This document shows, one piece after another, positions 12,009 to 26,019 of a stretch of 64,000 nt of DNA (position 1 is its first letter; every line of letters starts with the position of its first letter). Location: the NCBI GenBank assembly GCA_001662655.1, contig KV460262.1. The stretch is one strand, 5' to 3'. The translations under genes were made by a program, and so were the position numbers. The notes beneath the pieces are model-generated. The model searched no databases. It was not told where the DNA came from and was given only the letters and a program-made list of their open reading frames with translations. This DNA comes from Pseudogymnoascus verrucosus (lineage: Eukaryota).

Positions 12009-13833
12009 TGAGGGGTTGTTTGAGGGGGGTTTGAAAGGGGGTTGTAGATAAAGGAGGTGGGGGGGGTATATATGGAAATGTAGGATTTTTTGATCTATAT
12101 CCTGTCTTCTCCGGCGTGATTCCTCATAATAACTGTGCGCGAGAATGGTAAGGGATGGTATGAAGAGAGAGAGCTGGCTATAGATTCGTCGTAGATTGGT
12201 TGCGGTTGGGGAAGGGGGGGATGGTATAAACGCTTCCCAACGGCTACTGGTCCACGATACAATTCATGCAGCGCTTTGGGCTCTGATGCGAATCATGAGG
12301 CAAATATTAGTGGGTGCTGTGATTGGGGATGTGAATTGGGAGGGGGAGGGGGAGGGTGATGGTGGTGACGGTGGTGACGGTGGTGACGGTGGTGGTGATG
12401 TGACGACAGTACCGTATCGACGGCAAGAACAGGCCCGACAGCAGCGGCGTCGCGCTTGACAACACCCGCAGGCGCTCAACGAGAGGGAGCCGTGGCCGGC
12501 AATGATATGCCATGAGAGCTAACTCGCCAAACGCGTAATAATCTCTACCATGTCGTATAGGTTTGCGTTTGTGATTTCGCTTGGTACTATCGTGTCATGT
12601 CATGGGTTATTATAGTTTCTGCAACTGTGGGGGGTGAAGATTGACGTGTTGAAAGGGGGCCGGGGGGGTCGGGAACTGTGAATCTTTGGGGAATGGTGGT
12701 TGTGGGATTATATTATCCTCTTTGTGGGAAGTCGGGGGTTGGGGAGGGGGTGAGATAGATATCTTGGCGCTGCTAAGTTTGTTTGGCGATGGGAGGGATG
12801 CTGGGGTTTGGCGTGCTGGGAATGGAGACTGTGCCGGAAAGAGTTCTGTAGAGATGTGAAATATCTGAAACAGCCATATAGTTACTAAAAACGAAGATTT
12901 GCAATAAATCCCTATCTCCAGCCGTCGTCCAGAAAACCCCGCGAAATGAAGATATTGAGAGTCAGCCCCTATTTTTCCCGCATAATAATTTTTGCATCAA
13001 CTCAAAACAAATCGATTTTCAACCTCTCATAGCGGCAACTCAAAATACTTCAGCAATGGCTTCACTTTAGAACCACAGACTCGTTGTTCGATATCGCGTT
13101 GCGGAATAATCTCTGTGGGGTGTGGGGTGTGCGAGTTGGTTTTGCGGCTGTGGTAGATGGGGTCCTTTTCTCACCACCCTGTTTTCTTGTCACAACCTCT
13201 CTTCTTGTCAAGTAGTTCTTGTCGTCGTTTCCTCCATCACCACATCACCTCGCACCAACACTCTCAAGAACATCAACGGCCTCCAGACACAGTATTGTTG
13301 GTTCACACCCCCCGCCTCTTCCGTATCATGTTCTGTATATGTGTATTGAACCGATCTAACGCCATTTTCCACGATATCCATAGCCTTTTATCATATTTTT
13401 CCAACGCCTATTTGCTCCAGTATTCCCACTCCTCTCCAAGGCCTGCCCACTATGATATCCCTAGCAAACATCGGCGGGATGCCCCACAAATATACGACTG
13501 CTGTGACGTGCATGTTGGATCAAAAGGCGTTAGATATTTTTCTTAAGAGAAACCAAGTTGAAAGGTCTCTTGTCAGATTATGTTATAACTCCTCCTTCGA
13601 GTATCTCTTTCAACCAGATACCAACCTTTCTGAGATGATCATGAAGAACCATGCATATCAGAATGGAATTTAGAGGACGGGGCTTGTTAGAACGAGGATG
13701 ATGCAGATAAAGGAGAAATCGAGAAAGACCGAGTCCCAAAACCAACCCCTTAAAGTATGTTGTCGCTGCTAAACTAAATTCTCACCATCATAGCCCCCGT
13801 TTTACTACTTTCCTGTCACCGACACCTCATCTT

Positions 13834-14499
13834 TCAGTATGATTCTGTCATCTCCATCTCGTAGCGTGAATTCGCTCGTAACGACAACAATAATCTCGAC
13901 CATCTCATATAGGTTCCTCTGGGTGACGCTGTTCGTAAGAATGAGGCCGCCAATCGTATTGTTAGGGTCAGTATGCGGGCAGCGTGCGAGGGCTCGCTGA
14001 CGAGGCCAGACCGGAACTGTATCAACTGCTGCGTAAAGGGATCAATGCCTATGGCGAGCAGTGTCACGACAGCTCCAAGCCAGAGCGAGATCCTGTTTCC
14101 CGGGGGAGCACATTAGATTCCGGACATTCCTAACTCGTCTCACGGGCCTAGAACTTACGGGCCTTTCGTCCTCGCGAGGACCCTCAAGCTTCCGAGCGGA
14201 CCGCGGGTCGCAGCATCAATACGGTCGAATTCGATGAGCGGCCGCGCCTCGCGCGCAAATAGAACCCATTTCCACTGTGCCAGACACTCGGCGAGGACGT
14301 AGGCGAGGCTCGCCTTCATGATCAGGGAGAGGATGGAGACGACGGCGTTGAGTGTCACGCCGTTCCATGTCGCGACGACCTTCCCGTCGAAAGCAGCCAG
14401 GAGGGCCACCATGGCGATGAAGGAGGCGAAGGAGCCGAGGAGTGCAGCGTACTCCTGCGCCCAGTCGGTCCATTTTATGTTTTTCGGTGGCTTGAACAT
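13834..14499 (-). pseudogene. Truncated DUF3176-family membrane protein gene; exons 14499-14159, 14092-13834
   Basis: WNGVTLNAVVSILS..LAQWKWVLF..EFDRIDAATRGPLGSL and DPFTQQLIQF are characteristic. The product is only ~200 aa and loses resemblance after QQLIQF, much shorter than typical members. Confidence 0.6.
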
Positions 14500-16536
14500 T
14501 GTGGTCGATGCCGCAGGCGGGAAATCGACGATGCAAGGAGAGATTCAAGCAGTTGGGCGTTTTCTAGGCATTGATCCTATTAAATAGCACCTCCTAGCGA
14601 TCTACTATTGATGCCTGTAGTCGCGCAAGTGTGCCTCGCTCAGCCTCATCCTTCGTCGACCGACCGGTGTATAGAAAGGGCGTAAGATCACCGGTGCATG
14701 CGCACCACGAGGCTGGGAGTTACGTGGAATGAGAAATGATTTTAACGAGCTGCTGTCTGTGCTGAACACTAAGAGATACATCGAGTCGAGAAACCGATAC
14801 TATCCTTTGCAAGCACATTTATAATCTCAGCCAGTGTTATGTTTTTAGCAGAATCATAGGCGGGCATCGACTGTGTGTTTAAGATGTGGTACAGGGATAA
14901 CACCGAATCCACTTCCAACAGACGGGCCTGAGGGTCAACTCAACATCTAACCAACATGACGGCGAGACGAGGGGAAACGACGGCGACATGCAAAGATGAG
15001 TTACTATAGTAGTCTGAGCGTACGAACCACGCGTTCCAGAGCACAGAGACCCAATGTCAGATCTCCCAATCTCTGGCATCCCCAACACTAGCACTATAGC
15101 ACGACACGACCAAGCGACCTCCCATGACCAGCGATGCGGTGCTCAAGCTTTCTCTGCTTGCTTAGGGATCTGCGATCAGAAAACTCGCAACACGTGGTAT
15201 ATGCCTTACCACCTGAATATCCGTCTCCGTCGATCGCAGTCCAAGGCTGAAACGCCCGTGCTGTCGTCACCATCCCTCTCTTCTCACAACCCCCTATCCT
15301 GGTCACCAACCTCTCCCGTCACTACTCTCTCTCGTCACTACTCTCTCTCGCCACCAATCTCCCTCCCCACGCACCCTCACGCACTTCCAAACCGGATCGC
15401 TGGCATCCATCCAGTGCGCGTGGTCGATATAACAGCCCCCCAAGGGGTATTCTGGCTTGTATCGTCAGATGTATGTTTATCAGAATATGGATATAGGTAT
15501 GGAGGTGGTGTATATATAATAAATTTGCTGCTTGAGATGTTTGGTGTTACCTTGGTAGTTGCTCATAGTGCAGCATGGAACCACAACTGTTATAGGAGAG
15601 TGGTTCTTGGTAGCCAGGTTCTGACGAAGAGGTTGTGCTTCGGGGGCATCAATCTCAAGAGATGTCGGTTTGTGAGTACTTTGCCATCTCTACCGACGCC
15701 AGTCACTCTCCTCGTTCGCTTCAAGCACCCAAACCCGACAATGTCACGGCGAAGACACGGAATAAAAGCAATTTACACCACCTTCAATTATTCATCTTTA
15801 TCCTACGTACTCCTCATTCTCCTCCTCTACTCCCCTTCTCCCCTTTCCCATACCTTCCCATCCACCTCCCCTTCCTTCTCTCTCCACCTCCCGCACTCCA
15901 TCCCCATTCCATTCTTTCCCACCCCCCTCCATCCTCCTCCCCCACAAGACACCTCATCTTTCCCACCCGCCCATTACAACAAACCACCCACCCCCACAAA
16001 AAAACGGACCAAACAAAACGAAAACGAAACGAAAAAAACAGAGACTCTGGTATTAACAACAAAAAAGGACACGCAAAGAGAGATAGATAGCGCGCGAGAG
16101 AGAGTGAGAGAGATGTCAAAACGATCGCTGGTCAAAGGTAGAAGAAGGCCAAACTAGGTATCAATCAATCAATTCATGAAACGAAGACGAGAGAGTGGCG
16201 TATGTAAGGTTTCGGTATCGCAGGAGTGAAAAAAGGAGAGATCAGTGATGTGTATGTATGTGTTCCCACGGTGAAAGGGAGTAGTCGTCGTAGATAGCGC
16301 ATAGTGGTATAGTCAAGTCGGTTCGACAACGAAAAAAATGTGACAACGTATGTGAGAAAATTCCCCAGCCGTATATACTAGAAATCTGAGTGACTATCGC
16401 CGTCGGTGCGTGGTGGGTATGTAAAAAAGCGAGTTTTTCGTTACAGGCGAAAGGTTGTTTTTCCAAATATATGAAACCTTCTCTCGAGAAGAGAGAGATT
16501 GAGGAGGTAGGAAGGTCCGTATTAGCGCGGTAGACT

Positions 16537-19500
16537 TTAACGGCGAGGGCTACCAGCAACAGGTGCGCCATTCTCCATATTCCCCGTCAACTCGGCGACT
16601 CTAGCCTTGATCCTGGCGACACGGCTCTCAATCGCTACAAAAACCACCCGTTAGCACAACCCTCCCATCACCACGTCTCAGACAGGACAAAACTTACTCT
16701 CCTCCCCACTAGTCTCCCCCCCATCCCCCTCCGTCCCCGCACTCTTCTGATCCTCACTCTGCCTCGCTGCCGCCCTCTCCGCCGCATTCTTCCTAATCTG
16801 CGCCCAGCGATCCCCAACCGGGCTCACCGTCTTCCCCTCCTCCCCCACCTCTCCCTTTCCGCTAGCCGCCAACGGCGTCTTCGGCGCCTTCGTAAGCACA
16901 GCAGCAGCAGCCTGGTTCTTCTTCTCCAGCTTCTCTATCGCCGCCAGGACCGCCGGGGATTTCCCACCAGTAGGCGCAGAACGAGTAGCATCGACACTAT
17001 GTCTCGGCGACGCCACCGGAGACGCCTCAGGTGCGAAAGCGGGTACGTCCTCGAGAGGCCCTTGGTCGAAGCTCGAGAAAGCCTGGCGCGCTTCGTGGGC
17101 GTCTGCGGTATCTACACGGGATAAACTCTCCTGCACAGACGGGTTATACGAGCGTTCCTGTCCAAACGCCTGCTGCGCAGCTCCCATATCCGGTGACTGC
17201 GTAGGCGTCCTATCCTCGCTCTCCGCAATACTCGCCGGCGCCTGACTCGCCGTCATCGACGCAGCCGGTTTCCCAAACGTCGACACGTCCTGCTGGCTCT
17301 TCTTCCTGAAGCCGGAGAATCTACGTCCCAGCGTCGCGCCACCGGCTTGCAGTTGGCCCTGAGTCTTCTCCACCGCCGCCGCATTAGCCGGGCCCGCAGA
17401 AGGAGGCTTGGATTGGATGGAATCGCGGTTCTTGTTGCGGCCGAACATCTTCTTGAAGCCTCCGCCGCCGCTCTTTTTCTTGAGCTTGTTATGTTGGTCT
17501 GGGGACTCCGGGTTCTGCTTTGTCGCTGCGCTGTTATCAGGCTCTGTCGTCTCGAGGAACTGCGCTAGGCTCTGCTGTTGCGTTTTCTTGGGGGGAGTGA
17601 TAAGGTGGCTCTGCGATGCTGGGTTGCGCTTGAGCGGCGGAGTGGTGGGGCGTGCGCGCTCGGTGGGGTGGGCGTCGACGGGGAGACCGACCTCGGCTGC
17701 TTTCTCAGCGGCGAGGTTGCTCATCACTTTGGGAGGAGTGGGAGGGAGCGCGGCGGGGGCGATGGTGTCCTGTGCTGCGGTAGTCTCTTTAGGGGGGACG
17801 GCGGGGAGGTCGCGCTCAGCAGCTGCGCCGTTGGCTGCGCTGACGTGGCCGTTGCCGTTGGTCTGGGCGCCCTTGCCGGTGGAGTCGTTGGTGAGGTATG
17901 CTTCCCTGACAGCGTCTTTGTCGTATTTGCGCGCCCATTTCATGGCGGGGCTGAGCTCGGTCATGATCACGGGTTGCATGGTGAGGACGCTGTTGGTCTT
18001 CATGTGGCTTCCTGAATCGGATTCTCCGCGGCCGCGACGGGCTTGAATCTCCTGCTCTGCAGCCTGTTGGCGCTGCTTCTGCTGGAGTTGAACGGCCGTG
18101 GCTTGGATACGCGCGTACTGATCTGGGCCAATGTTGGTTCTGCTACCAGTCGACTGCGCGGTGCCGAAGGGAGGGTGTAAGGTAGTCTTGTCCTCGGTCT
18201 TGGCGGTGCTCGATTTTGATCTCGAGACACCCTTCCCTCTCTTCGTCCAGCCGAAGCGGCTCTTCTTCTCGGCCAGATAGGCACCTGCCTCGGGGGCCGG
18301 GGCGGCTCCCTTCACTTGCTCCTCAATGACGAGCCATTTGCCGTGGGGAATGACGGTCTCGACGAGCGCGCAGCGTCCGAATGCCGCTTTGCGCTCGGCG
18401 GTCTCTTCACCAGCCAAACTGCTAATCCAGACCCACCAGAAGGAATCATCGAGGTCGAATTTGGTGATGCTTGCAAGCTCTCCAGGCTCTAGCGTGCGGT
18501 CGGATTCAAGTCGTGGTCTGTGCGACTGCGAGCTGCGTCCGCGGGAAGTTTCAATCGGTGGGAGGATCTTGTCGGGTGGGAGGAGAAGTGGCGTGGGGTT
18601 GTTCATCTTCTCATCCACAAATCCAGATGAGAGGAAATCGGCCCATGAGGGGGTTGTTGGTCGGCCCATATCCATTGCCTTTGAGTGAGGCGCAGATCGA
18701 AGGCTCTGCGCGTTTTCTCTCCTCTTCGCGCTAAACTGGTCCTCTTGGTCCTCTTCAGCCTCATCGAAGGCACCGGAGAATCCAATGTCCTCGAACCTCG
18801 ACCAAGAAGCATCCTTGAGCCCGGTGGAGTTCTTCGAGTTCGAGACTTGGGTTTGGTTGGAGGAGGAGATAGATCGGAGAACTCTTCTGCACTCGTCCGA
18901 TAGTGCTTTGACGGGATCGTCGTAGTTTGAGAACTCCTGGAGAGCGTGGTCCTCATCTCTGTACACAAAGTTGTTTGCGCGACGGAGGAGCGCGAATGGG
19001 GTTGGCGACACTGATTCTACAATCATGGCGACCTTCGGCGTGCTGTACAGCATGAGGGTTGGTGCCATTGGCGGGTACTCGGTCTCCTGTACCAACTTCT
19101 GCAGCGAAATGGGCAGGGTGGAAATGCCATTGACGCCCTTCACTGACTCTGGCGACATCGATCTAAGGTATGCGAAGAACAAATGGCTCGTCGCATCAGC
19201 CGCACTGTAATATGTTAGTAGGTAACCATAAACCCGAATTCATCAGTACGTACGCAGACCAGCCCTTATACCCCCCATCAAAGCCCTCCACCTTACTCCC
19301 ATGATCAAACGCCCACCATCCTGCTAACCTGGACAATTTTCGGCCTCCAAGACCATTTTTCTTTCCATGCGCCGCAACAGCCGCCAGCAGATCGAAGAAA
19401 TCGAATATAATCTTTGAGCGCGCATCTGAATCTGCGCCAACAGGAATGAAAGCGGTGAAGGAATCTCTTGCCATCTCCGAATCTGTCGCGAGGTCAGTAG

Positions 19501-20130
19501 GGGACTATATGATCGCCGAAGGGTTTGACATACCTAGCTCTCCAATTCTGAACATCTCGTATGAATCCCACGTTACAACACCTCCTGCCAATCTGCTCCA
19601 GCACCATTTTACCACGCTGCAGAGAACCTGCGGAATTTGTTAGTTCCCTATCCCCCTAAATGTCGTGCCGGGACCAGAAAGTATATCTCACCATTGGCTC
19701 CGTCAGTCGCAGTTCTTGTAGCAGATCATCGCCCTGAAGAGTCTGCTTCCCATCGAAGTAATTCCTTATGAAGGTGCGCGCCGCGCTCGGGTCTGAGGTA
19801 GGTCGGAAAGGGAGTAGGAAAAACGGGACATCGAGAGCTGTGAGAGGTTCCATATTAGCATTTCTATATCTCTTTACACCTCGGTACACTCTGCGTTCAA
19901 GGTGGTATTGTGTGGCATAGAACTGAGGGCATACCTCTAGATTTCAGTTCGACCGTACACCCCTTCAACAGCTCCTGCACCTCCTCCGCCTCAACACTCG
20001 TGCGCGTCCAGGCATCCGACCATTTCGGCTTCGCGGGCAGGACCTGCGACGCAGCCTGCTGTCCCTTCTTCGTCTTGGTCAGAGTGGTCGGGCCATCCTT
20101 GCCCTTCAGCCTCGAGAAGAAACCGGCCAT
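16537..20130 (-). CDS. MSB1: Morphogenesis-related Msb1/Mug8-like protein (DUF1708); exons 20130-19935, 19837-19692, 19627-19534, 19482-19254, 19204-16698, 16634-16537
   Basis: ELKSRALDVPFFLLPFRP, VKWCWSRL..GVVTWDSY, NGLGGRKLSRLAGWWAF, ADATSHLFFAYLRS and C-terminal IESRVARIKARVAELT. All five introns are GT-AG and in frame. Confidence 0.85.
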
Positions 20131-22931
20131 CTTCTCTGCGATCGATCGGATCGGATCTTGTGTTTATGTTTATGTTTGTGTGTTACGTGACGGTGTTGTA
20201 TTGGACAAGGAGCTAGAGTCGCATAGTCGATCGATCGGGGGTATTCTCGAATAGCTTCGATCGAGGGCAGCAGTGGCCGCCTTGACGGGTGCTTCGTTGT
20301 TCGGCAGGGTGGAGATCAGGGATGGGTGAATTTGAGAAAGCCACTTATAAGCGGAGGTATATCAGCCTTGTTGTTATTTGACCTCGTGTAGGCTTGTTGA
20401 TAATTCGATAATAAGAGTGAGGGTTAGGTAGTAGTAGTAAGTATCAGAAGGGAAAGGGAGTCGGAGGGACAAGAGTTTAATGCGAGGTTGCGATTGACAA
20501 AGATTATCTGGGTTGTTGGCAGATTCAGGGGTGTTGGTCTATCAGTACCGATGTGAAAGGCTGAAGGGGGGCCTTGTAGGTCTCCAACTTTGAAATTAGA
20601 TTTTAGCTTGAAGGGGAAGGCGGTGAGTGGTAGTGGTGGGTTAGTGGATAGTTAGTGGAGGGTGGGAATAGGTGACAACCCCTGGCTTTAGAGGGTTCAG
20701 AGGGTTTAGGAGGGGTCTAAAGGGTTTAGCGGGGGGGTTAGGGGGGAGTTAGGGTGGTTGCAAGTGGCGGCAATACTCTTAATATCACAACCAGGAGCTA
20801 CAAAAAAGACAAGAAGACAAGAAGTTAGTCTACTATAGTTCATAGTATGCAGCGGTAGGGTAGTAGTAGAGTCGTAGTAGAGTAGTAGCAGAGCAAAGTA
20901 GTTCTTACCATACTTACTACCATGTAAAATGTGATGTAAATTGGGATAAAATGGGATAGAGTAAGGCAGAATAAGACGTATAATGAATGGATCATGCCAG
21001 GGGGGCGGGTGTTGCATATTGTTGCCAAGCAACACGGGACGGCCCAATGAGGTAATGCAAGTCTCTAGAACTGCAGCATAAGGGGTAACGAATATAGGGC
21101 CAACAGGGCGAACAAGGGACGGATACCTATCTATACTCTGCCCTGAACCCAACGACGAGAATGAATTGGGATGAAGAGTACAGTATAATACTCGTACACT
21201 CTCCAGGCTGCAACTGGAGTACTCCTGTAACTGTACCTCACCTCCATTTTGTGCATATACACTGTACACACACCCCAGAGAACGTGCACCCATCACCCCG
21301 CCAGCGAAAAGAAGGAAGCAAAAAAAAAAAGGATTCTTGACGTGTTCGGCAATGCAATGCACGCGGTATGCGGCCAAGCACAGCCTAGCCAACGTGTGCT
21401 AAGAGCTATCGAACTGGCTGGTCTCCATTGTCCGTCTGGAGTATTCGTGGTATGCTGTGTATGGTTGGGCGCACGCCTCCCCTCGTCCCGCTTCAGTCCA
21501 AAGTCACTATTCACCAACCGTCAGTGCCCATTGCGGGCGTACAGTGCTGTTGGTACGACGACTTGTGAGGGACAAGAGACACTATGGGATGGATATTGGC
21601 GCTGGAGTTGTCGGTGAAGGGGAGATACTATATATCTCCTGCAGCTCCGGATGGATTAACGGCCGCGTCCGCTGTCTGGAGACCGCGACGAGACATGCCC
21701 CAAGTGACAAGCGAGGGGTTATCCGGACCCATCACGCCCATCACCCCACGCCATCGCGAACCCTTCCAATCCGTCATTTTCGCGTATAGGGGTACCAGCC
21801 GCCACAATGCCAGGTTTTGACTCGTACGTACCGTCACCGTCGCATCGCGGCGTCCCGCTGTCGAAGATCTCGGGGAATATTTTTGCTGCTGTGTTGTTCG
21901 CTTTTCCTTGTTGTCCTCCTCTCCACGTCAGAGTCATTTGATCATCAGAGTAGTACGAGCGGTACGCGTAGTACGCGCCGGCTCCGTACGTGGTTGATCG
22001 GCTCACACGTGCATTATAGCTTATGCAGCCTCCCTCTCCTACACGTAGCCATCTGATCTGTGCGTTCAGACGAGACAAGACTGAATCAATGAAGCTTCAG
22101 GATTGAGAAGAGTGCTCCACTGGTGGAGGACTGTAGAGTAAAGCCGTGTTAATAAGGCATCTTAACCCCAATTCCTACTCCACCTCATTAGCCACCATTG
22201 CTCGGCTTTCGGCACCGCATTTGTGCATCTTCCCCTTAGCGTCGTCACATCAAGTCTTACTGAGCTCACCACTGTTTGTTGCGACAGTCTCATTCTTGAG
22301 TCCAATATGGTATTTCAAAGGAATCAGGTCCTGATATAAGGTCAAAACCGAGAGCATACAGTCAGTTGCCTTTCTCCGCGGCTTTTATATGCCGTGCTGT
22401 TCAATGACAATGTCAGTCCTCATTTCAAAAACTGTAGTGGTAAATTAGCAATGCGCATGATGAGTCTTAAACTGGGCCTGGATCATCACCGAGCCGTCAT
22501 ATTCACTGTCCCGAACGTTTCCAGCAGAACACCAAAATCACGAATACAACTTCAAAGATACCTTCAAAATGCGAGTAATTGTGCTATAGTATCGACATTT
22601 CTAGTAATTATATTTTGGAGAGAGTGGTTGTAGAAGTCCAGACCAACCGCACGTAAAAAAACCGCTTAACCTCGCTCCAGCCTTCCCCTCAGCCTCGCCC
22701 AAAAATTCTTCGGAGCTGGTCCGCCGCGGCTATCCCCGCCGCTATCGCTATCCGCCATCCCAACGTCGAAATTACATACCTCCCCGAATCTCCAACAAAC
22801 CCACCACCACCTACCGTCGTTCGAACCCCAGCCCGCGTCCGCTGGAGAATGCGCAGGATCAGGCAGTCCTAGGAAAATCCCATCAGGCAGTTTTCACTCA
22901 AGAACTGTTTGACGGACTCCAAAAACCCGGC

Positions 22932-24359
22932 ATGTCTGGACACGATGGACGCCGCCGAAACGAGGAGTTTGCCACCCGCGCTCACGACCACAGGCATGGT
23001 GCCAGGGTGGACGAAGAGCCGTATCTAGGACCACCTGTTGGGCCTGCGCCGGGTCGTGATCAGAATGGGAATATCGAGATCACTACGGGGCAGAAGATGC
23101 TGTCCGCGGTATCGGGGAGTTTGTTCACGTCATTAATTGGTAAGGGCTACCCCCGTCTTAACTCCGTCTCCGAGTTTTGCGACAATAGCTAACAGTTACA
23201 CCCAGTCACCCCCCTCGACGTCGTCCGCGTCCGCCTCCAATCCCAACCCAACCCCTCCCTCAACTCCGCCGTCACAAACCTCACCCGCGCCACCACCGTC
23301 GAAGGGCTCGGCGCGCTCCCGGCCAACCTCGGCGTCACCGCCTGCTGCCGCGAAGTCTTCTTCGCCGGCAACGCCATCGAATACTGCTACGCCGGCCCGT
23401 CAATCGGCACAATCCGCCCCGCCAACTCGCTAGGCGCCATCGACTGCTCCATGGAAGAGACGCAACGACGGACATTCAACTCCACCCTCGACGCCTTCCG
23501 CAAGATCTCGCGGAATGAGGGGATTTCCACCCTCTGGCGCGGACTGTCGCCTACACTCGTCATGACGGTCCCAGCGAATATCATCTACTTCACCGGCTAC
23601 GACTGGCTCCGCTTCGCCCCGGCAAGCCCCGTAAACCGCTTCTTCCACGACTCCTACGCCCCCCTCGTCGCCGGCGCATTCGCCCGCGTCGTAGCAGCCT
23701 TCGTGGTGAGCCCCATCGAGATGTTCAAGACGCGCATGCAAGCTAGCCACGGCGCCGTCGTCGGCGGCGGTGGGCATTTCGCAAAGACCCTCAATTCCGT
23801 GCGCGAGATGACAAAGACCTCCGGCTACGCTTCGCTCTGGCGCGGCCTAACTCTCACATTATGGCGCGATGTTCCCTTCTCCGGTATCTACTGGTGGGGC
23901 TACGAAACCGTCCGTGGCCAACTAACCGACGCCCGCGAGCGCGCACGCGGCCGGGAATTCGACCGCGACGGCCCCCGCAGCCGCGAACGCAGCCGTTCCC
24001 AAAGCCGAGAAAACCACACCAACACCTTCACCGACTCGTTCACCGCTGGCGCCGTCTCCGGCGCCGTAGCATCCATCCTCACCATGCCCTTTGACGTGGG
24101 CAAGACGCGGCAGCAGATTTTCAAAGACCGAGTTGGCGTGACGGGCGGTGCGTTGGCGCCGGAGCAGCTGAGTATGCCGCGGTTTTTGATGCATATTTTT
24201 AGAGAGGAGGGGGTGCCGGGGCTGTGGAGGGGGTGGGCGGCTAGGACGATGAAGGTCGCGCCGGCTTGTGCGATTATGATTAGTTGTTATGAGGTGGGGA
24301 AGAGGATGAGTAGGGTGTTTAATGAGAAGGCGGAGGAGAAACGGGTTGGTGGGTTGTGA
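22932..24359 (+). CDS. MTM1: Mitochondrial carrier, Mtm1/SLC25A39-40 type; exons 22932-23139, 23206-24359
   Basis: Three PX(D/E)XX(K/R)X(K/R) signatures (PLDVVRVR, PIEMFKTR, PFDVGKTR), the TACCREVF insert, RDVPFS and APACAIMIS. Confidence 0.92.
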
Positions 24360-24864
24360 GTGCGAGAAAGTAATTTAGAAAAATGGCGTTTATTAGATGG
24401 GGCCGGGCAAGGGGCTGCGAGGGGGGACTGAAGTTCTTCACCAGCATTTGGGGCGCCGCTTTGGTGCTTGCGCGATGCATAGCAATTTGGCGTTGTCTTT
24501 GGATTTATGTATCTGTATTATCTGTAGAATACCATATCGTTCGCACCTCAACTCAATAGTAATAGAGAAAAAATAAAGTAAAGTCGGCAGACAGGCCGTT
24601 TGTGTAGTAAAATAACCACAGGAAATGAACTAGTGAGAGAGATAGATGAGAATATTTGTCTCCTCTGCACGACGATCTTTGGAAATATTTGATAAATTGA
24701 CCTCCTCTAGCTAAAGCTCTGTGTATCCTCCGTTATGGGGTAGGGATAGTAGATTTAAAGCTATATTTTGGATAATAAACCTCTCAGTCTCAGTCCCGGA
24801 ATCTCTTTACTGGGCCCTCTGCCTTCATATCCTCCTTAAGAAAAACATTTCGTAAATCGTAGGA

Positions 24865-26019
24865 CTATTGCATCCTCTGCATAACAAGCCGTAAGAAATC
24901 CTCGACAAACAGGCCCCCCTCCCTCAAAAGCTCCATGAAACCGCTGTCATGCGACAAGATCGCCGAATTGCAGGCCATGTACTGGGCCACCAGCGCCTTC
25001 AACTTGTCATCCCCCAGTGCTCCACATTCCGGGGAATACACGTAGCGAACGAGGTCAATCGCGTCACCCGCATTCTCGCTGCTGATCTCGAAGACGCACA
25101 GTGTTTTGTGGAGCTTGTACAGTGCTAGCGCTTTGAGCGCTTCGATGCCGTGGATATCTGCTATGGCCCAGAGCTTTGCGTGGGAGAGGAAGACTTTGGA
25201 ATAGTTTCGTTCTGCAATGAATAGCTCGGAGGGCTCGCAGGCATCCTTGTAGTTGTCGCGCGGGGCGAGGAGGTCGAAGGATAGGGAGGCGAAACTACTT
25301 GGTTCTGGAACTGGCTCTGGAACTGGCTCTGGAACTGGCTCTGGTTCTGGCGCTGGTACCGGGTAAAAAGAACGCACCTTTTTTGTCTTGACCTTTTTTT
25401 TGGGCGCCGCTTCGCTAAAATACCAAGAGTCTGCCGCTGCCTCGGGTTCTTCTGTGGGCTCTTCAGGGGCAGCCGCCTGGCTCGTATGCCAACCCCTTCC
25501 CCAGCTACTAGTGGAAGGAACAGCAGCCGGCTCAATGTATTCTTCAACAGGGGGAGGCGGCGCCTCTTCTGGTGGTACATCCTCAGCAAGCAGCTCATCG
25601 CCTTCCTCAACGGCCGGAATCTCATTTAAAGTGCTCGATGATGGCTCACTTTCCACAGCCTCCTGCTCATTCACAGCTACACGGCGTCTCGGTGGCCTGG
25701 GAATCGCATAATCGCCGGTATACGCAAATTGGATGAGTCGTTCAAAGGTCCTTCTGGTGACATCCGGCCATACCGTATGAATAACCGCCTGGTCTCCTTT
25801 CAGCGTGTCATGGAGAGGTTGAGAGAGCTGAGCGACGGCTTCCTGGTGGACGAGATACAAGGTCCTTTTCCCATCATCGGTGATTTGTCCGATACTGAAT
25901 TGGACGAGCGGGGATTTGAGGAGTCTGTATTTGTCAGTGACAGTTTCTGCGCGCAGCAAATTGCCTCCACGGAGACAAGGCTGGGGACATGAGACTTGCT
26001 CTTTGAACGAGGCCGGCAT
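24865..26019 (-). CDS. Fungal BTB/POZ-like domain protein with acidic Pro-rich insert
   Basis: SPLVQFSIG..YLVHQEAV..TFERLIQFAYTGDY and FLSHAKLWAIADIHGIEALKALA. Probable 75-nt GC-AG intron at 25999-25925. Confidence 0.75.
   Translation of the reverse strand: MPASFKEQVSCPQPCLRGGNLLRAETVTDKYRLLKSPLVQFSIGQITDDGKRTLYLVHQEAVAQLSQPLHDTLKGDQAVIHTVWPDVTRRTFERLIQFAYTGDYAIPRPPRRRVAVNEQEAVESEPSSSTLNEIPAVEEGDELLAEDVPPEEAPPPPVEEYIEPAAVPSTSSWGRGWHTSQAAAPEEPTEEPEAAADSWYFSEAAPKKKVKTKKVRSFYPVPAPEPEPVPEPVPEPVPEPSSFASLSFDLLAPRDNYKDACEPSELFIAERNYSKVFLSHAKLWAIADIHGIEALKALALYKLHKTLCVFEISSENAGDAIDLVRYVYSPECGALGDDKLKALVAQYMACNSAILSHDSGFMELLREGGLFVEDFLRLVMQRMQ

Noticed and set aside
15054..16157. 367-aa ORF on +
   Set aside because: Low-complexity translation with no recognisable motif, running through the likely 3' UTR region of the MSB1-like gene. 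Probably spurious, although a small non-coding transcript near 15270-15540 cannot be excluded.
20706..21392. 228-aa ORF on -
   Set aside because: No motifs. It spans a repeat-rich intergenic tract in the MSB1-like upstream region.
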